This document shows, piece after piece, positions 37,301 to 49,300 of a DNA stretch of 64,000 nucleotides (position 1 is its first letter; every line of letters begins with the position of its first letter). The translations under genes and the position numbers were made by a program. The stretch is from positions 61,568,001 through 61,632,000 of the forward strand of contig NC_091480.1 of the NCBI RefSeq assembly GCF_036971445.1, read 5' to 3'. The notes under the pieces are model-generated. The model was not told where the DNA came from, did not search any database, and was given only the letters and a program-made list of their open reading frames with translations. Source of the stretch: Narcine bancroftii (lineage: Eukaryota).

Positions 37301-40300
37301 CTGATACAGGGCTTTGGGGAGAGAGTGGGTCAGTTTGATCAGTGTGGGGATCGACACAGGGCTGTGGAGAGAGAGCAGGGTAATGGGATCAGTGTAGGGA
37401 CTGACACAGTGGGAGAGAATGGGGCAATGGGATCAGTGTGGGGACCTACATGTGGCTGTGGGGAGAGAGCGGGACGGTGGGATCAGTGTAGGGACTCACA
37501 AGGGGCTGTTGGGAGAGAGTGGGGCAGTTTGATCAGTGTGGGGATTGACACAGGGCAGTGGGGAGAGACTGGGCAGTGAGATCAGTGTGGGGACCGACAC
37601 GGGGCTGTGGAGAGAAAGTTGGACAGTGGGATCAGTGTAGGGACTCACACGGGGCTGTTGGGAGAGAGTGGGGCAGTTTGATCAGTGTGGGGATTGACAA
37701 AGGGCTGTGGGGAGAGAGAGGGGCAGTGGGATCAGTGTGGGGTCCAACATGGGGCTGTGGAGAGAAAGTGGGACAGTGGGATCAGTGTAGGGACTGGCAC
37801 GGTGGGAATGAATGGGGCAGTGAGATCAGTGTGGGGACAGATACAGGGCTGTAGGGAGAGAGTGGGGCAGTGGGATGTGTGGGGATCGACACAGGGCTGT
37901 GGTGAGAGAGCAAGGTCGTGGCATCAGTGTGGGGACCGACACGTGGCTGTGGGGAGAAAGAGGGGCAGTGGGATCAGTGTGGGGACCGACACTGGGCTGT
38001 GTAGAGAAAGTGGGACAGTGGGATCAGTGTAGGGACTGACACGGTGGGAGAGAATGGGGCAGTGAGATCAGTGTGGGGACTGATACAGGGCTGTAGGGAG
38101 AGAGTGGGGCAGTGGGATCAGTGTGGGTCCGACATGGGGCTGTGGAGAGGGAGCAGGGTAATGGGATCAGTGTGGGGACTGACACAGTGGGAGAGAATGG
38201 GGCAATGGGATCAGTGTAGGGACTCACACGGGGCTGTTGGGAGAGAGTGGGGCAGTTTGATCAGTGTGGGGATTGACACAGGGCTGTGGGGAGAGACCGG
38301 GCAGTGAGATCAGTGTGGGGATCGACACGGGGCTGTGGGGAGAGAGCGGGACAGTGGGATCAGTGTAGGGACTGACACGGTGGGAGAGAATGGGGCAATG
38401 GGATCAGTGTGGGGACCGACACGGGGCTGTGGGGAGAGAGAGGAGCTGTGGATAGAGAGTGGGACAGTGGGATCAGTGTGGGGACTGATACAGGGCTTTG
38501 GGGAGAGAGTGGGTCAGTTTGATCAGTGTGGGGATCGACACAGGGCTGTGGAGAGAGAGCAGGGTAATGGGATCAGTGTGGGGACTGACACAGTGGGAGA
38601 GAATGGGGCAATGGGATCAGTGTGGGGACCGACACGGGGCTGTGGGGAGAGAGAGGAGCTGTGGATAGAGAGTGGGATAGTGGGATCAGTGTGGGGACTG
38701 ATACAGGGCTTTGGGGAGAGAGTGGGTCAGTTTGATCAGTGTGGGGATCGACACAGGGCTGTGGAGAGAGAGCAGGGTAATGGGATCAGTGTGGGGACTG
38801 ACACAGTGGGAGAGAATGGGGCAATGGGATCAGTGTGGGGACCTACACGTGGCTGTGGGGAGAGAGCAGGGAAGTAGGATCAGTGTGGGGACTGACACGG
38901 GGCTGTGGGGAGAGAGCGGGATGGTGGGATCAGGGTAGGGACTCATACGGGGCTGTTGGGAGAGAGTGGGGCAGTTTGATCAGTGTGGGGATTGACACAG
39001 GGCAGTGGGGAGAGACCGGGCAGTGAGATTAGTGTGGGGACCGACACGTGGCTGTGGGGAGAGAGCGGGACGGTGGGATCAGTGTAGGGACTCACACTGG
39101 GCTGTTGGGAGAGAGCAGGGCAGTGGGATCAGTGCGGGGACCGACATGGGGCTGTGGGGAGAGTGTGGGACAGTGGGATCAGTGTAGGGACTGACACAGT
39201 GGGAGAGAATTGGGCAATGGGATTAGTGTGGGGACCTACACGTGGCTGTGGGGTGAGAGTAGGGCAGTTTGATCAGTGTGGGGATTCACACAGGGCTGTG
39301 GGGACAGAGCAGGGAAGAAGGATCAGTTTGGGGACTGACACAGGGCTGTGGGGAGAGAGCGGGACGGTGGGATCAGTGTAGGGACTCACACGGGGCTGTT
39401 GGGAGAGACCGAGCAGTGAGATCAGTGTGGGGACTGATACAGGGCTGTCGGGAGAGAGTGGGACAGTGGGTTCAGTGTGGGGACTGACACGGGGCTCTGG
39501 GGAGAGAGCAGGGCACTGGGATCAGTGTAGGGACTGACACGGTGGGAGAGAATGGGGCAATGGGATCAGTCTGGGGACCGACACGTTGCTGTGGAGAGAA
39601 AGTGGGACAGTAGGATCAATGTGGGGGCCGACACGGGGCTGTGGGGAGAGAGAGGGGTAGTGGGATCAGTTTTGGACCGCAGTGGGTAACTGAAACCGCG
39701 GAAAGCAAAACAATGGATAAGGGGAGACCACTGAGTTAATGCACAAACGTGCTGGGGAAACTCAACAGTTCATGTCGCATTTACAGGGTGCAAAGATATA
39801 GAACTAATGTTTCAGGCCTGAGCCCTTCGTCAAGTTTGAGCAAAAAGCAGGCAAGCGTGTGAATAAAAAGGCTTGGGGGGGGAGGATGAAGGGGCAGGCG
39901 GAGGAGCACAGGCCAACAATCAAGAGACCACAGGTGGGCTTGGATAGGAGGGCAGAAGGAAAAAGCTGAGAATTTCTCCGGGATCTCTGACTGCCCACTA
40001 TTGCGTACCATCCTCACTTACAATTGGAACTGAATCCTTGAGTCTCATTCCTTTCTAGTGCCTCTGGAGTGGAAGCTTTTGGCCATTCCCACTGCCACCT
40101 GAACACAGGAAAGCCTGGCTGGGGAGGGGTCGGCAGTTTGACAGTGGGAATACAATCACTAGCCCCTTTTCCACTAGCACCCTCCCAGAAATTAACTGGG
40201 AATTTACTGGGACAGGGGCCAGTAGAAAAGGAACACTGTCAAATGACATCATTTCACACCAGGGATTACCGCCTCTTCCTTTACTCATATCCCTGGTGTT

Positions 40301-43300
40301 TGCTGACACTTGTGTGCTGATAAAACCAGTGCACAGCAGAAAGTCACTCATTTCCAGTCGGAAGAACACTCCGATCCCTGGGGATGAGTTGTGTTCAGTG
40401 GAAAAGCAAATAGTCCCAGTTAAGGATGGCCCAGTGGAAACGGCACAAAGGGCTTCCTATCCTGGGACACTACACAGTCAATTAACTGGGATGCCAGTGG
40501 AAAAGGGACTACTGCAAGTCAGTCTGCTGCTTGAGAAGTGAGGAAGGGTTCTCACAGTCCCCATTCCCTCCAGGAGTTTCCACTTCCATTGCATGTGCTG
40601 GAATATAACTCAAACCTGAACCCACCTCCACCATCCCTACACACAGACACAGACACGCAAGCATCCACACTCACAAACATGCAAACGCTCATTCACAGAT
40701 ACACTCACGCAGACACACATACACAAGCAAACAGACCAAAACACAGAACAGACAAAAAAACACTCACAGATGTGTTCACACGCTCATGTGAACACAGACC
40801 CTGCATCCATTCCATACCCCTCCCACCCATGTACATGTCCAAATTTTTCTTAAATGTTAAAATTGAGCCCGCATGCATCACTTTATCTGGCAGCTCGTTT
40901 CATCCCGCCCCCTACTCTTTCTGTGAAGAAATTCCCCCTTAATGTTCCCCTTAAATATTTCCCCTTTCATCCTTAGCCCATGTCTTTTGGTTTGTATCTC
41001 ACCTACCCTCTGTGGAAAATGTCTACTTTCATTTACTCTGTCTATATATCCATCATAATTTTGTACACTTATGTCAAATCTTCCCTCAATCTTTTACACT
41101 CCAGGAAATAAAGTCGTAACCTGTTTAACCTTTCCCTGTAATTCCGTTCCTGAAGTCCAGGCAACATCCTAGTAAATCTTCTCTACACTCTTTCTATTTT
41201 ATGAATATCTTTCCTCTCGTTAGGTGACCAAAACTGCACACAATACTCCAAATTTGACCTCACCAACGTTTTATATATCTAATACTAAGAAAGTCTCTCT
41301 CTCTCTCACACACACACACCCACCCACCCCCATCACCACCACCACCACCACCCCCCCCTGTGATAGTACAGACCTATCACCAATGTATATAGTTACAGTA
41401 TCTAGAGTATGTAATGACTGTGCTAACAGCGATTGGCTGAGAGCTTAGCCACAGCTACTGTCTGGGCCTTAAAGGGTTGTGTCCCTAGCCAGGTCGGATC
41501 ATTCCGGACTGGTCGGCCACCTGTGAAGAGCTCCTGCCTTTTGCTAATAAAAGCCTTGGTTTGGATCAACAAGTCTTTGGTTCTTTTGACGAGCTCTTCA
41601 CCCCCCCAAACCACTTTCCTTCTCACTGTCCAATAGGGGTGATTTGGATCCAGGGAAGGTTTCACCCACTACAAAGGGCTTAAACATGGGTCAGACCCAC
41701 CAGACACAGCACACTAGATCTGCATGCAGGACAACAGACAAGAGCATGCACAGAAAACGAAAGCATTTAAAAAGCTCTTACTTGAGCAAACTAGTGATCC
41801 AGGCAAAGGATGTCAGAAGGGAGAGCATTTTTAGGAAAAACTCAGGTCAGTGCAGTGCACGAAAATAAATGGTGCAGAACAGACACATTCTCTCCATCTC
41901 AACAATGGGGAAACAGGGTGATGGGTGGTGCTGGTGAAGGAGGCAGGGGTAGAATAATGAATGGGTTAAGATGGATGGAAGCTCAGGGTGTTCATATCTA
42001 ACAAGCCCCTTGTCCCATGAACCAATCCCCCATCAAGCAAAAACAGTTTTCAAACACCACTCAAAGATCACTCCAGAACTAACAGAATCCAGTGTACCAG
42101 CAAAGCACTTGAGTGCATGAGGCAATTGGGTAACTTCCTGAAGTGCACCATGGAAAGTGAGGCTCTTTCTGCATCCTCTTGGAATGCATTGTGGGAAGCG
42201 AGGCTCCTCTGGCCCAATACCAATTTACATGGATCCCATTTCATTTTCCTCACTGTCATCCCATGTTCTACCTCCCTCACCCACATACCAGGGACAATTA
42301 ACAGCAGCCAATTAATTTACCAACCCCCTGGATGTCTGAACATGTGGGAGGAAACTGGAGCACCTTGGGTGGGTGAACCCTCGCAGTCATAGGGAGACGT
42401 GCAAACTCCACGCAGACAGCATGTGGTCCTTTATGCAAGGAGGAACCAGGAAAGGAGACTGAAAACCCTGTGAAGACAGAAAGTGAGGGGAATGGTGGGG
42501 AATGAACCACGAACAGAGGAAATCCCAATGCAGCATTCCGCCTCCATAGATTCCTCCAGAGGAGTCTTTCTGGCTTGACCACTTCATTTGAAGGTTTGAG
42601 TGGGATCAGGCAGATGTGGAGATATTTCCACTGGTGGGGCAAAACTCAAACAAAGGAACATACCTTATATACTCAATTAACAGTCGACCACCTCTCCTTT
42701 TTTGGTCCAAAAATTACATGTTTTTCATATCACCTGTGCAAAAGTTGACCTCCCCTATTTTTTGATCCAACTGCCCGTCCATCTGAGCCCCCAACGCCCC
42801 GACCACAGACCCACACCCTGGCAACCCGCTCACCAGAGCCTCCGATGCCCTGGCCACAGACTCTCTCCTAGGCCCCGGCTGCCTGCACATCCAAGCTCCC
42901 GACACTCCAAATGTGGACTTACCACCTGGTCCCAGCCATCTGAGCTCCTGACGCCTTGAACAACGCATGTGATTACCATGGTTAAAAAGTATGACTCGTG
43001 TAAAAGTTGACCCCCCCCCCCCCCCCCCCCACATTTAACCTGAAAAACTGGACCAAAAAGTTCGACTATTACACAGTATATACTGTAGTCACAGGATGAG
43101 GGCTGGTCCTTTAAAACTGAGGTGAGGGGGAACTTCTCTTAAGGGAGATAAACCTCTGGGATTCCCTGGAGGGTGTCAAAGGGAGGGTAATATCTGGAAA
43201 ACTCCATCCTGGAGGGTGTCAGAGAAAGGGGAATGTCTGGGATTCCCTGGATGTGGTCAGAGAGAGGGGAATGTCTGGAAATCTTCATCCTGGAGGGTGT

Positions 43301-46300
43301 CAGAGGGACGTGAATCTCTGGAATTTCCTGGGTGGTCAGAAGGAGGGGCCTGGAGGGTGTCAGAGGAAGGGAATATCTGGAATTCCCTGCGTGGAGTCAG
43401 AGGGAGGGGAATGTCTGGAATTCTCTGTCCCAGAATTTGTTAGAGGGAGGGGAATGTCTGGGATTCCCTGGAGGTTGTCAGTGGGAGAGGAATCTCTGGG
43501 ATTCCCTGTAGGGTGATGAGTTCCAATCACTGATGGGATTTGAAGCAAGAGATAAGCTTGGGAACTGGTGCAGAAGGGAAGATGAGGCTGAGGGCAGATG
43601 AATCACAATCATTTTAAGTGGAGGACAGTCTTAAGGAGCGTGGTTTTACCTATGTGTTCTAACCCATTCAACCTGTAGTTCGAATATAAACAAAGCAATG
43701 AACAGAAATTACACATCTGCAAGCCAAACCCAACAACATTTGGTGGTAGCATGAACTCTTGCCTCTTGGAGCAATAAAACACTGTGGGAGCTGATCCCTG
43801 AACCTTACCCTGTCTTTCCCCAGTTGTCACCAACCTCACCAGGCCCTCCCTGCTGGTTTGGCGAAGAGGCATTGGCCGGGGAGAGAATTAAACTTGATTG
43901 AATATGAGCAGCAAACAGTCAAAAGCCCTCTCTCTTACACATGCGCACAAATTTAAAGAAGTACCCATGGAAGTGCTAATCTTACCGCTTCGAACTGTGC
44001 TTGATCATCCTCAGGGAGGTCAGTTGTTTCGTAAACATCAGGCTCGTTGAATGCCTGAAATACAAGATGGGATTGGGCTCAGGATTGGGTACCAAAGATA
44101 AAAATGTTTCCGTCACCAAGCACCAACTGCACTCGTTTGTGGAGTCATCGAGTGAGATTTTACATGGAAACAGGGGCCTCAGGAGTACTGAGGGACCTCA
44201 GAGTACAAATCCGAACACCACTGAAGGTACAGGATCTGTAAGGATTCAACTGGTCGGTCAATGTTTTGGGTCACAATTTTTGCAAAATGAAAGTTGGGAA
44301 GCAGCGGCGAAGTCGGCAGCAATGACACTGAGTGGGTCGGCAGCAGTGACAGTGAGCCGGTCGGCAGCAGTGACGGTGAGCGGGTCGGCAGCAGTGACGG
44401 TGAGCGGGTCGGCAGCAGTGACGGTGAGCGGGTCGGCTGCAGTGACAGTGAGCGGGTCGGCTGCAGTGATGGTGAGTGGGTCGGCTGCAGTGATGGTGAA
44501 CGGGTAGGCAGCAGCGGTGGTGAGGTCGGCAGCAGCGGTGGTGAGAGCGGAGGTTGCCAGCAGCAACAGACGAGGAGATGGCGGAGTTGAGCAGCATCAG
44601 TGGGCAAAGCGGAGTCAAGTGGTCTGCGCGAGAAGAGTAGCGAAGCCCAGGCCTGGTGAGGTCCAGTGAACCAGCAGTCGCCATGGAGAGAAGGCCAGGA
44701 CTAATTTTTGTTGTAGAATAGAATAGTTATATAATATTAGATCTAGTATTGCTGGTGGTGTGTCACTATTATCAGTGATCTCCTGCAGTTTTGCTCACTT
44801 GCCACTAGGGAGTCGGGGAGGAATTTTACGTTTTTTTTCCTGTAATTGGCTGCAGGTCTTTCTTTGGTTTTTTGGCCTTCCCCAGGAGCCACACTACTAG
44901 CAAAAATAGGCAGAGAGTGGTGCTGTTATGAGATAGAGTGAATGGGATAGAGATAGAGAAAGCGGGGTAGAGAGAACAGGGCAGAGAGGGTGGGAGGATG
45001 GAGCCCAGGGCAGGGGGATACTCCTCTGATGATTACAAATATGAGAAGTGCATCCAGCTGATGCTCCTGACAAGCCGTGTTGAGGCTTTGGAGCAGCTGG
45101 TGGATAAACTCCAGAGCATTCAGGAGGCAGAGGGTGTGATAGATAAGAGTTACAAGGAGACTATTATACCTCAGAGTCAGGTAGAGGGTAGTTGGGTTAC
45201 AGTTAAGAGAGGGAGCAGACAGGTAGAGCAGGCCCCCCAGTGAGCATCCCCCTGAAAAACAAGTATGCCGCTTTGAATACTGTTGAGGGGATGCCTCAAC
45301 ATGGCACAAGCCATGGCAAACAGGTCTCTGGCACAAACTCTGGAGCTGTGGCTAAGAAGGGAAGGGGGAGAAAGAGGTGGGCTGTAGTGATAGGGGATTC
45401 CATAGTTAGGAAGCTAGATGAGAGGTTCTGTGGATGAGATTGTGAATCCCGGATGGTATGTTGTCTCCCTGGTGCCAGGGTGCGGGATATCTCAGATCGA
45501 GTTCACGACATTCTTAGGTGGGAGGGTGATCAGCCAGATGTCGTGGTCCATGTAGGGACCAATGACATAGGTAGAAAGGGTGAGGAGAGCCTGCAAGGAG
45601 AGTTCAGGGAGTTAGGTGCTAAGCTGAAGAAGAGGATCTCCAGGGTAGTGATCACAGGATTGCTTCCTGTGCCACGTGCTGGAGAGGTTAGAAATGGGAA
45701 GATAAGGCAGCTTAACATGGGGCTGGGGACATGATGTAGGGGGAGGGCTTCAGGTTTCTAGATCACTGGGCTCTGTTCCAGGGAAGGTGGGATCTGTACC
45801 GACAGGATAGATTGCACCTAACTGGAAGGGGAGTAATATCCTTGTGGGGAGGTTTATTAGCCTTGTCCCGATGGGTTTAAACTAGATTTCCAGGGGGAGG
45901 GGAACCAGAATGTTAGAGCAGTTAGTGAGGAGGAGGATAAAGGTCATGCGAGGACTGCATGTACAGACAGAAATCAACGGTTTGTACGTGATAGAAATGT
46001 TCTCAGCTATTTATTTTAATGCAAGGAGTATTGTTAAAAAAGGTCAACAAGCTTAGGGCATGGATTGACACGTGGGATTATGATATTGTTGCTATTAGAC
46101 TTGGTTGCAGGATGGACAGGACTGGCATCTTAATGTTCCAGGGTTCCACTGCTTCAGACATGTATATGAGTGGGAAGGGAAGATTAAGAATCACTGCTTG
46201 AAACCCAATTGTTACTAAAATATTTTACTTGAGAAAAATTGTCATTGGCCCATTTCCTTTGGAGTTATGAAACCGTGCACATAATGAGGCAATTAGGTAC

Positions 46301-49300
46301 AATTAAAACAGTGGTTTTCAACCTTTTTCTTTCCACTCACATCCCACCTTAAGCAATCCCTAACTAATCACAGAGCATTTATGGCATAGGGATTGCTTAA
46401 GGCAGAATGTGAGTTTAGGGGGCCAGTTTAAAAACCACTGCCCTAGGGGATCAGAGTGGTCAACTATGTGTGGAGCCTTAAGAAATGGGGGAGATCTTAA
46501 ACAGTTTTTTTGCATCAGTATTTACTTAGGAAACTGGCGAAGTGGATAAGGAAGGAAGGGAAACAAAGAGAAGAGTCATGGAACAGATGGAGATTAAGGA
46601 GAAAGAGGTGCTTGCTTCCTTACAGTGAATAAAGGTAGAACAATCACCTGGTTTGGATGATATTCCCTCAGGCCTTGAGGGAGACTAGTGTAGAAATTTT
46701 AGGGGCCCTAGCTGATTTATTCAAAATGTCCTTAGCCACAGGTGAGGTGCTAGAGAATTGGAGGGCAGCTCATGTTGTCCCACTGTTTAAAAAAGCTCTA
46801 AAAATAAACCAGGTAATTAAGGCCAGTGAGCCCGATGTTAGTGGCAGGCAAATTATTGGAGGGAGTCTTGAGAGACAGAATATATAGGTATTTTGGACAG
46901 TCTTGGGCTGCTTAAGGACAGTCAGCATGGCTTTGTGCATGATAGATTATGTTTAACGAATCTTGAGGAGGTTTTTGAGGAGGTTACCAAGAAGGTAGAT
47001 GAAGGAAAGGCTGTGGATGTTGTCTACATGGACTTTAGTAAGGCCTTCGACAAGGTCTCACATAGGACGTTAGTTCAGAAGGTTATGACACAAAGTATTC
47101 AAGGAGAAGTTGTAAACTGGATTCAAAATTGGCTGTGTGGGAGAAGGCAGAGTGTGGTAGTGGATGGTTGCTTCTCAGATTGAAGGCCTATGACCAGTGG
47201 TGTGCCTCAGGGATCCGTGTTGTTGTTTGTTGTATACATCAATGATCTAGATGAGTAGATCAGCAAGTTTGCTGATGACACAAAGAGAGGAGGCGTTGTG
47301 GACAGCGAGGAGGGTTATCAAGGCTTGTAGAGGTATCTGGACCAGCTAGGAGAATGGGCCAGTAAGTAGCAGATGGAGTTCAATACAGACAAGTGTGAGG
47401 TGATGCATTTTGGAAGGGCAAACCAAGGTTGGAGATATACAGTAAATGATAAGGCGGGAGTGCAAAGGAGTGCAAAGGAGCAGAGGGATCGAGGAGTGCA
47501 GATACATTGTTCACTGAAGGTGGCATCATTGGTGCACAGGGTTTTAAAGAGAGCTTTTAGTATCTTAGCCTTTATACATCAAAGTATTAAATGTAGGAGT
47601 TGAAATGTTATGTTGAAGTCGTTTAAGACATTGTTATGGCCAAATTTGGAATATTGTGTGCTGATTAAACCAATGGAAAAAGGACAACTTCCATCCATTA
47701 AATTCCATTGGATAATAGACTCTCTGATCCCCAGAGATGAGTGTATTCAGTGGAAAAGCAGTCTGTGTGCCAGTTAAAGGTGGGCCAGTGAAAACAGCAC
47801 AAACATCTTCCTATCCTGGGACACTGTACGGCTAATTAACTGGGATGCCAGTGGGAAAAGTGCTTTCAATAGCCTATCTACAGATTTATACATTGCGTCA
47901 TAATCATTCGGGTGGACACCTGGGCAATGAACTGTATTCCCTGAGAGTTGTGGAGGAATGTTGGAGACGGCCTTGTCCCTTTCTTGATCTCTGTTCTTAA
48001 TTTGCACCCAGCTTTGTATTTTGCACTGCTTTTTGAATGAGAGTTTTAAAGATTTTAATTGTATTCATTTAAAGAGCAGCATCAATAAACGACTGTAATG
48101 GCAACAGTTAACTGTTCAGTCGTGTCATGTAGTTATTTTGATAGAAAATGAATTTTCAAAGGCACAGGAATTTTCTGGTCTAAAAATACCATTTTTTCTT
48201 GCTGTTTAACTGGTTAAAAACTGCCAGGATTAATATTGTTTGCCTGTGACTTCTTATACTTTTTTCTGGATGAGGCCCACAACCAAAAAGGTGTGTCCAC
48301 CCTTGCAGTAGATAGTTAAAACCTGTTAGCCAGGATGAAAATGAGACAGCAGAGGTGTCCACGACCAGGGAATGCACATGTAAAGTGTAGGGTAAGAGTG
48401 TGAGAGGGGATCCAAGGGGAATCTGAGGGTAGTGAGAACAGAAACCCTCACAATGCTGATGAGGTCTCTGGGCCAACATGTCAATCACCAAGACTGAGAA
48501 AGCTATGGAGAAAGGACATGGAAATGGCATTGGGGTAGATGGGGGCACACAAAGATCAACAAGGAAATGCAGGGTCAAAAGACCCGCCCCTGAGCTGTCA
48601 TCGAGTGCTATTTATCACCTGGTCCTCTTCTCCAAATAGCTGACCTGAATGTTGGAGGCTTGTGCACAAAATGGCCGCCTCGTGGCCAGCATCACAATAG
48701 TGGCCACACTTTACTGCATACAGGCTGCAGAGGAGGGGGCTACTTTAATGGCTTTCAATAACTCCTTCTGCAAGTTGAATTTATTGTCATGTACCCAAGT
48801 ACAGTAAGAAATTTTGCTTTGCAAACAGTCCAGCTTAAAAACCCATACATAGTACAGATGTAAAAGACATAGTACAGAATGCAGAACCCATGTGACGTTC
48901 ATTCAGGACTCTGTTCTGTGGGAAAAACTGTTCCTGAATTTGGTGGGGCGTGATGTCACACTCTGAGCAGAGGGGGAATGAAAACTGTGGCCAGCGTGGG
49001 ACAGGTCCTTAATATGATGGCTGGTTCTTGAGGCAGCGAGAGGTGGAGGCGGAGTCATTGGAGGTGTGGGGAACTGATGAAATGTTAAAAGAATTGATGG
49101 AGAGGAGGGGGTGTGATGAAGTGTAGGTGGAATTGTTGGAGGGGAGGGGGTGTGATAAGGTGTAGATGGAGTCGATGGAGGGGAGGGAATGTGATAGGTG
49201 TAGAGGGGACGATGGAGGGGAGGGCTGTGATGAGGTGTAGACGGGGTGGATGGAGGGGAGGGGGTGTGATGAGGTGTAGACGGGGTGGATGGAGGGGAGG

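Noticed and set aside
34381..39670. CRISPR-like repeat-spacer pattern or repetitive protein gene
   Set aside because: The segments between gggatcagtgtgggga cores are homologous to each other rather than unique spacers; the context is eukaryotic with no cas genes; ORFs occur in all frames.
44001..44684. Ala/Thr-rich antifreeze- or mucin-like ORFs (TVTAADPL repeats)
   Set aside because: Product of a 24-bp tandem repeat, open on both strands, with no splice or promoter support.
45240..45734. Host GDSL/SGNH esterase gene
   Set aside because: It is the known ORF1 esterase of a CR1 element, followed by EN and RT remnants and containing stops.
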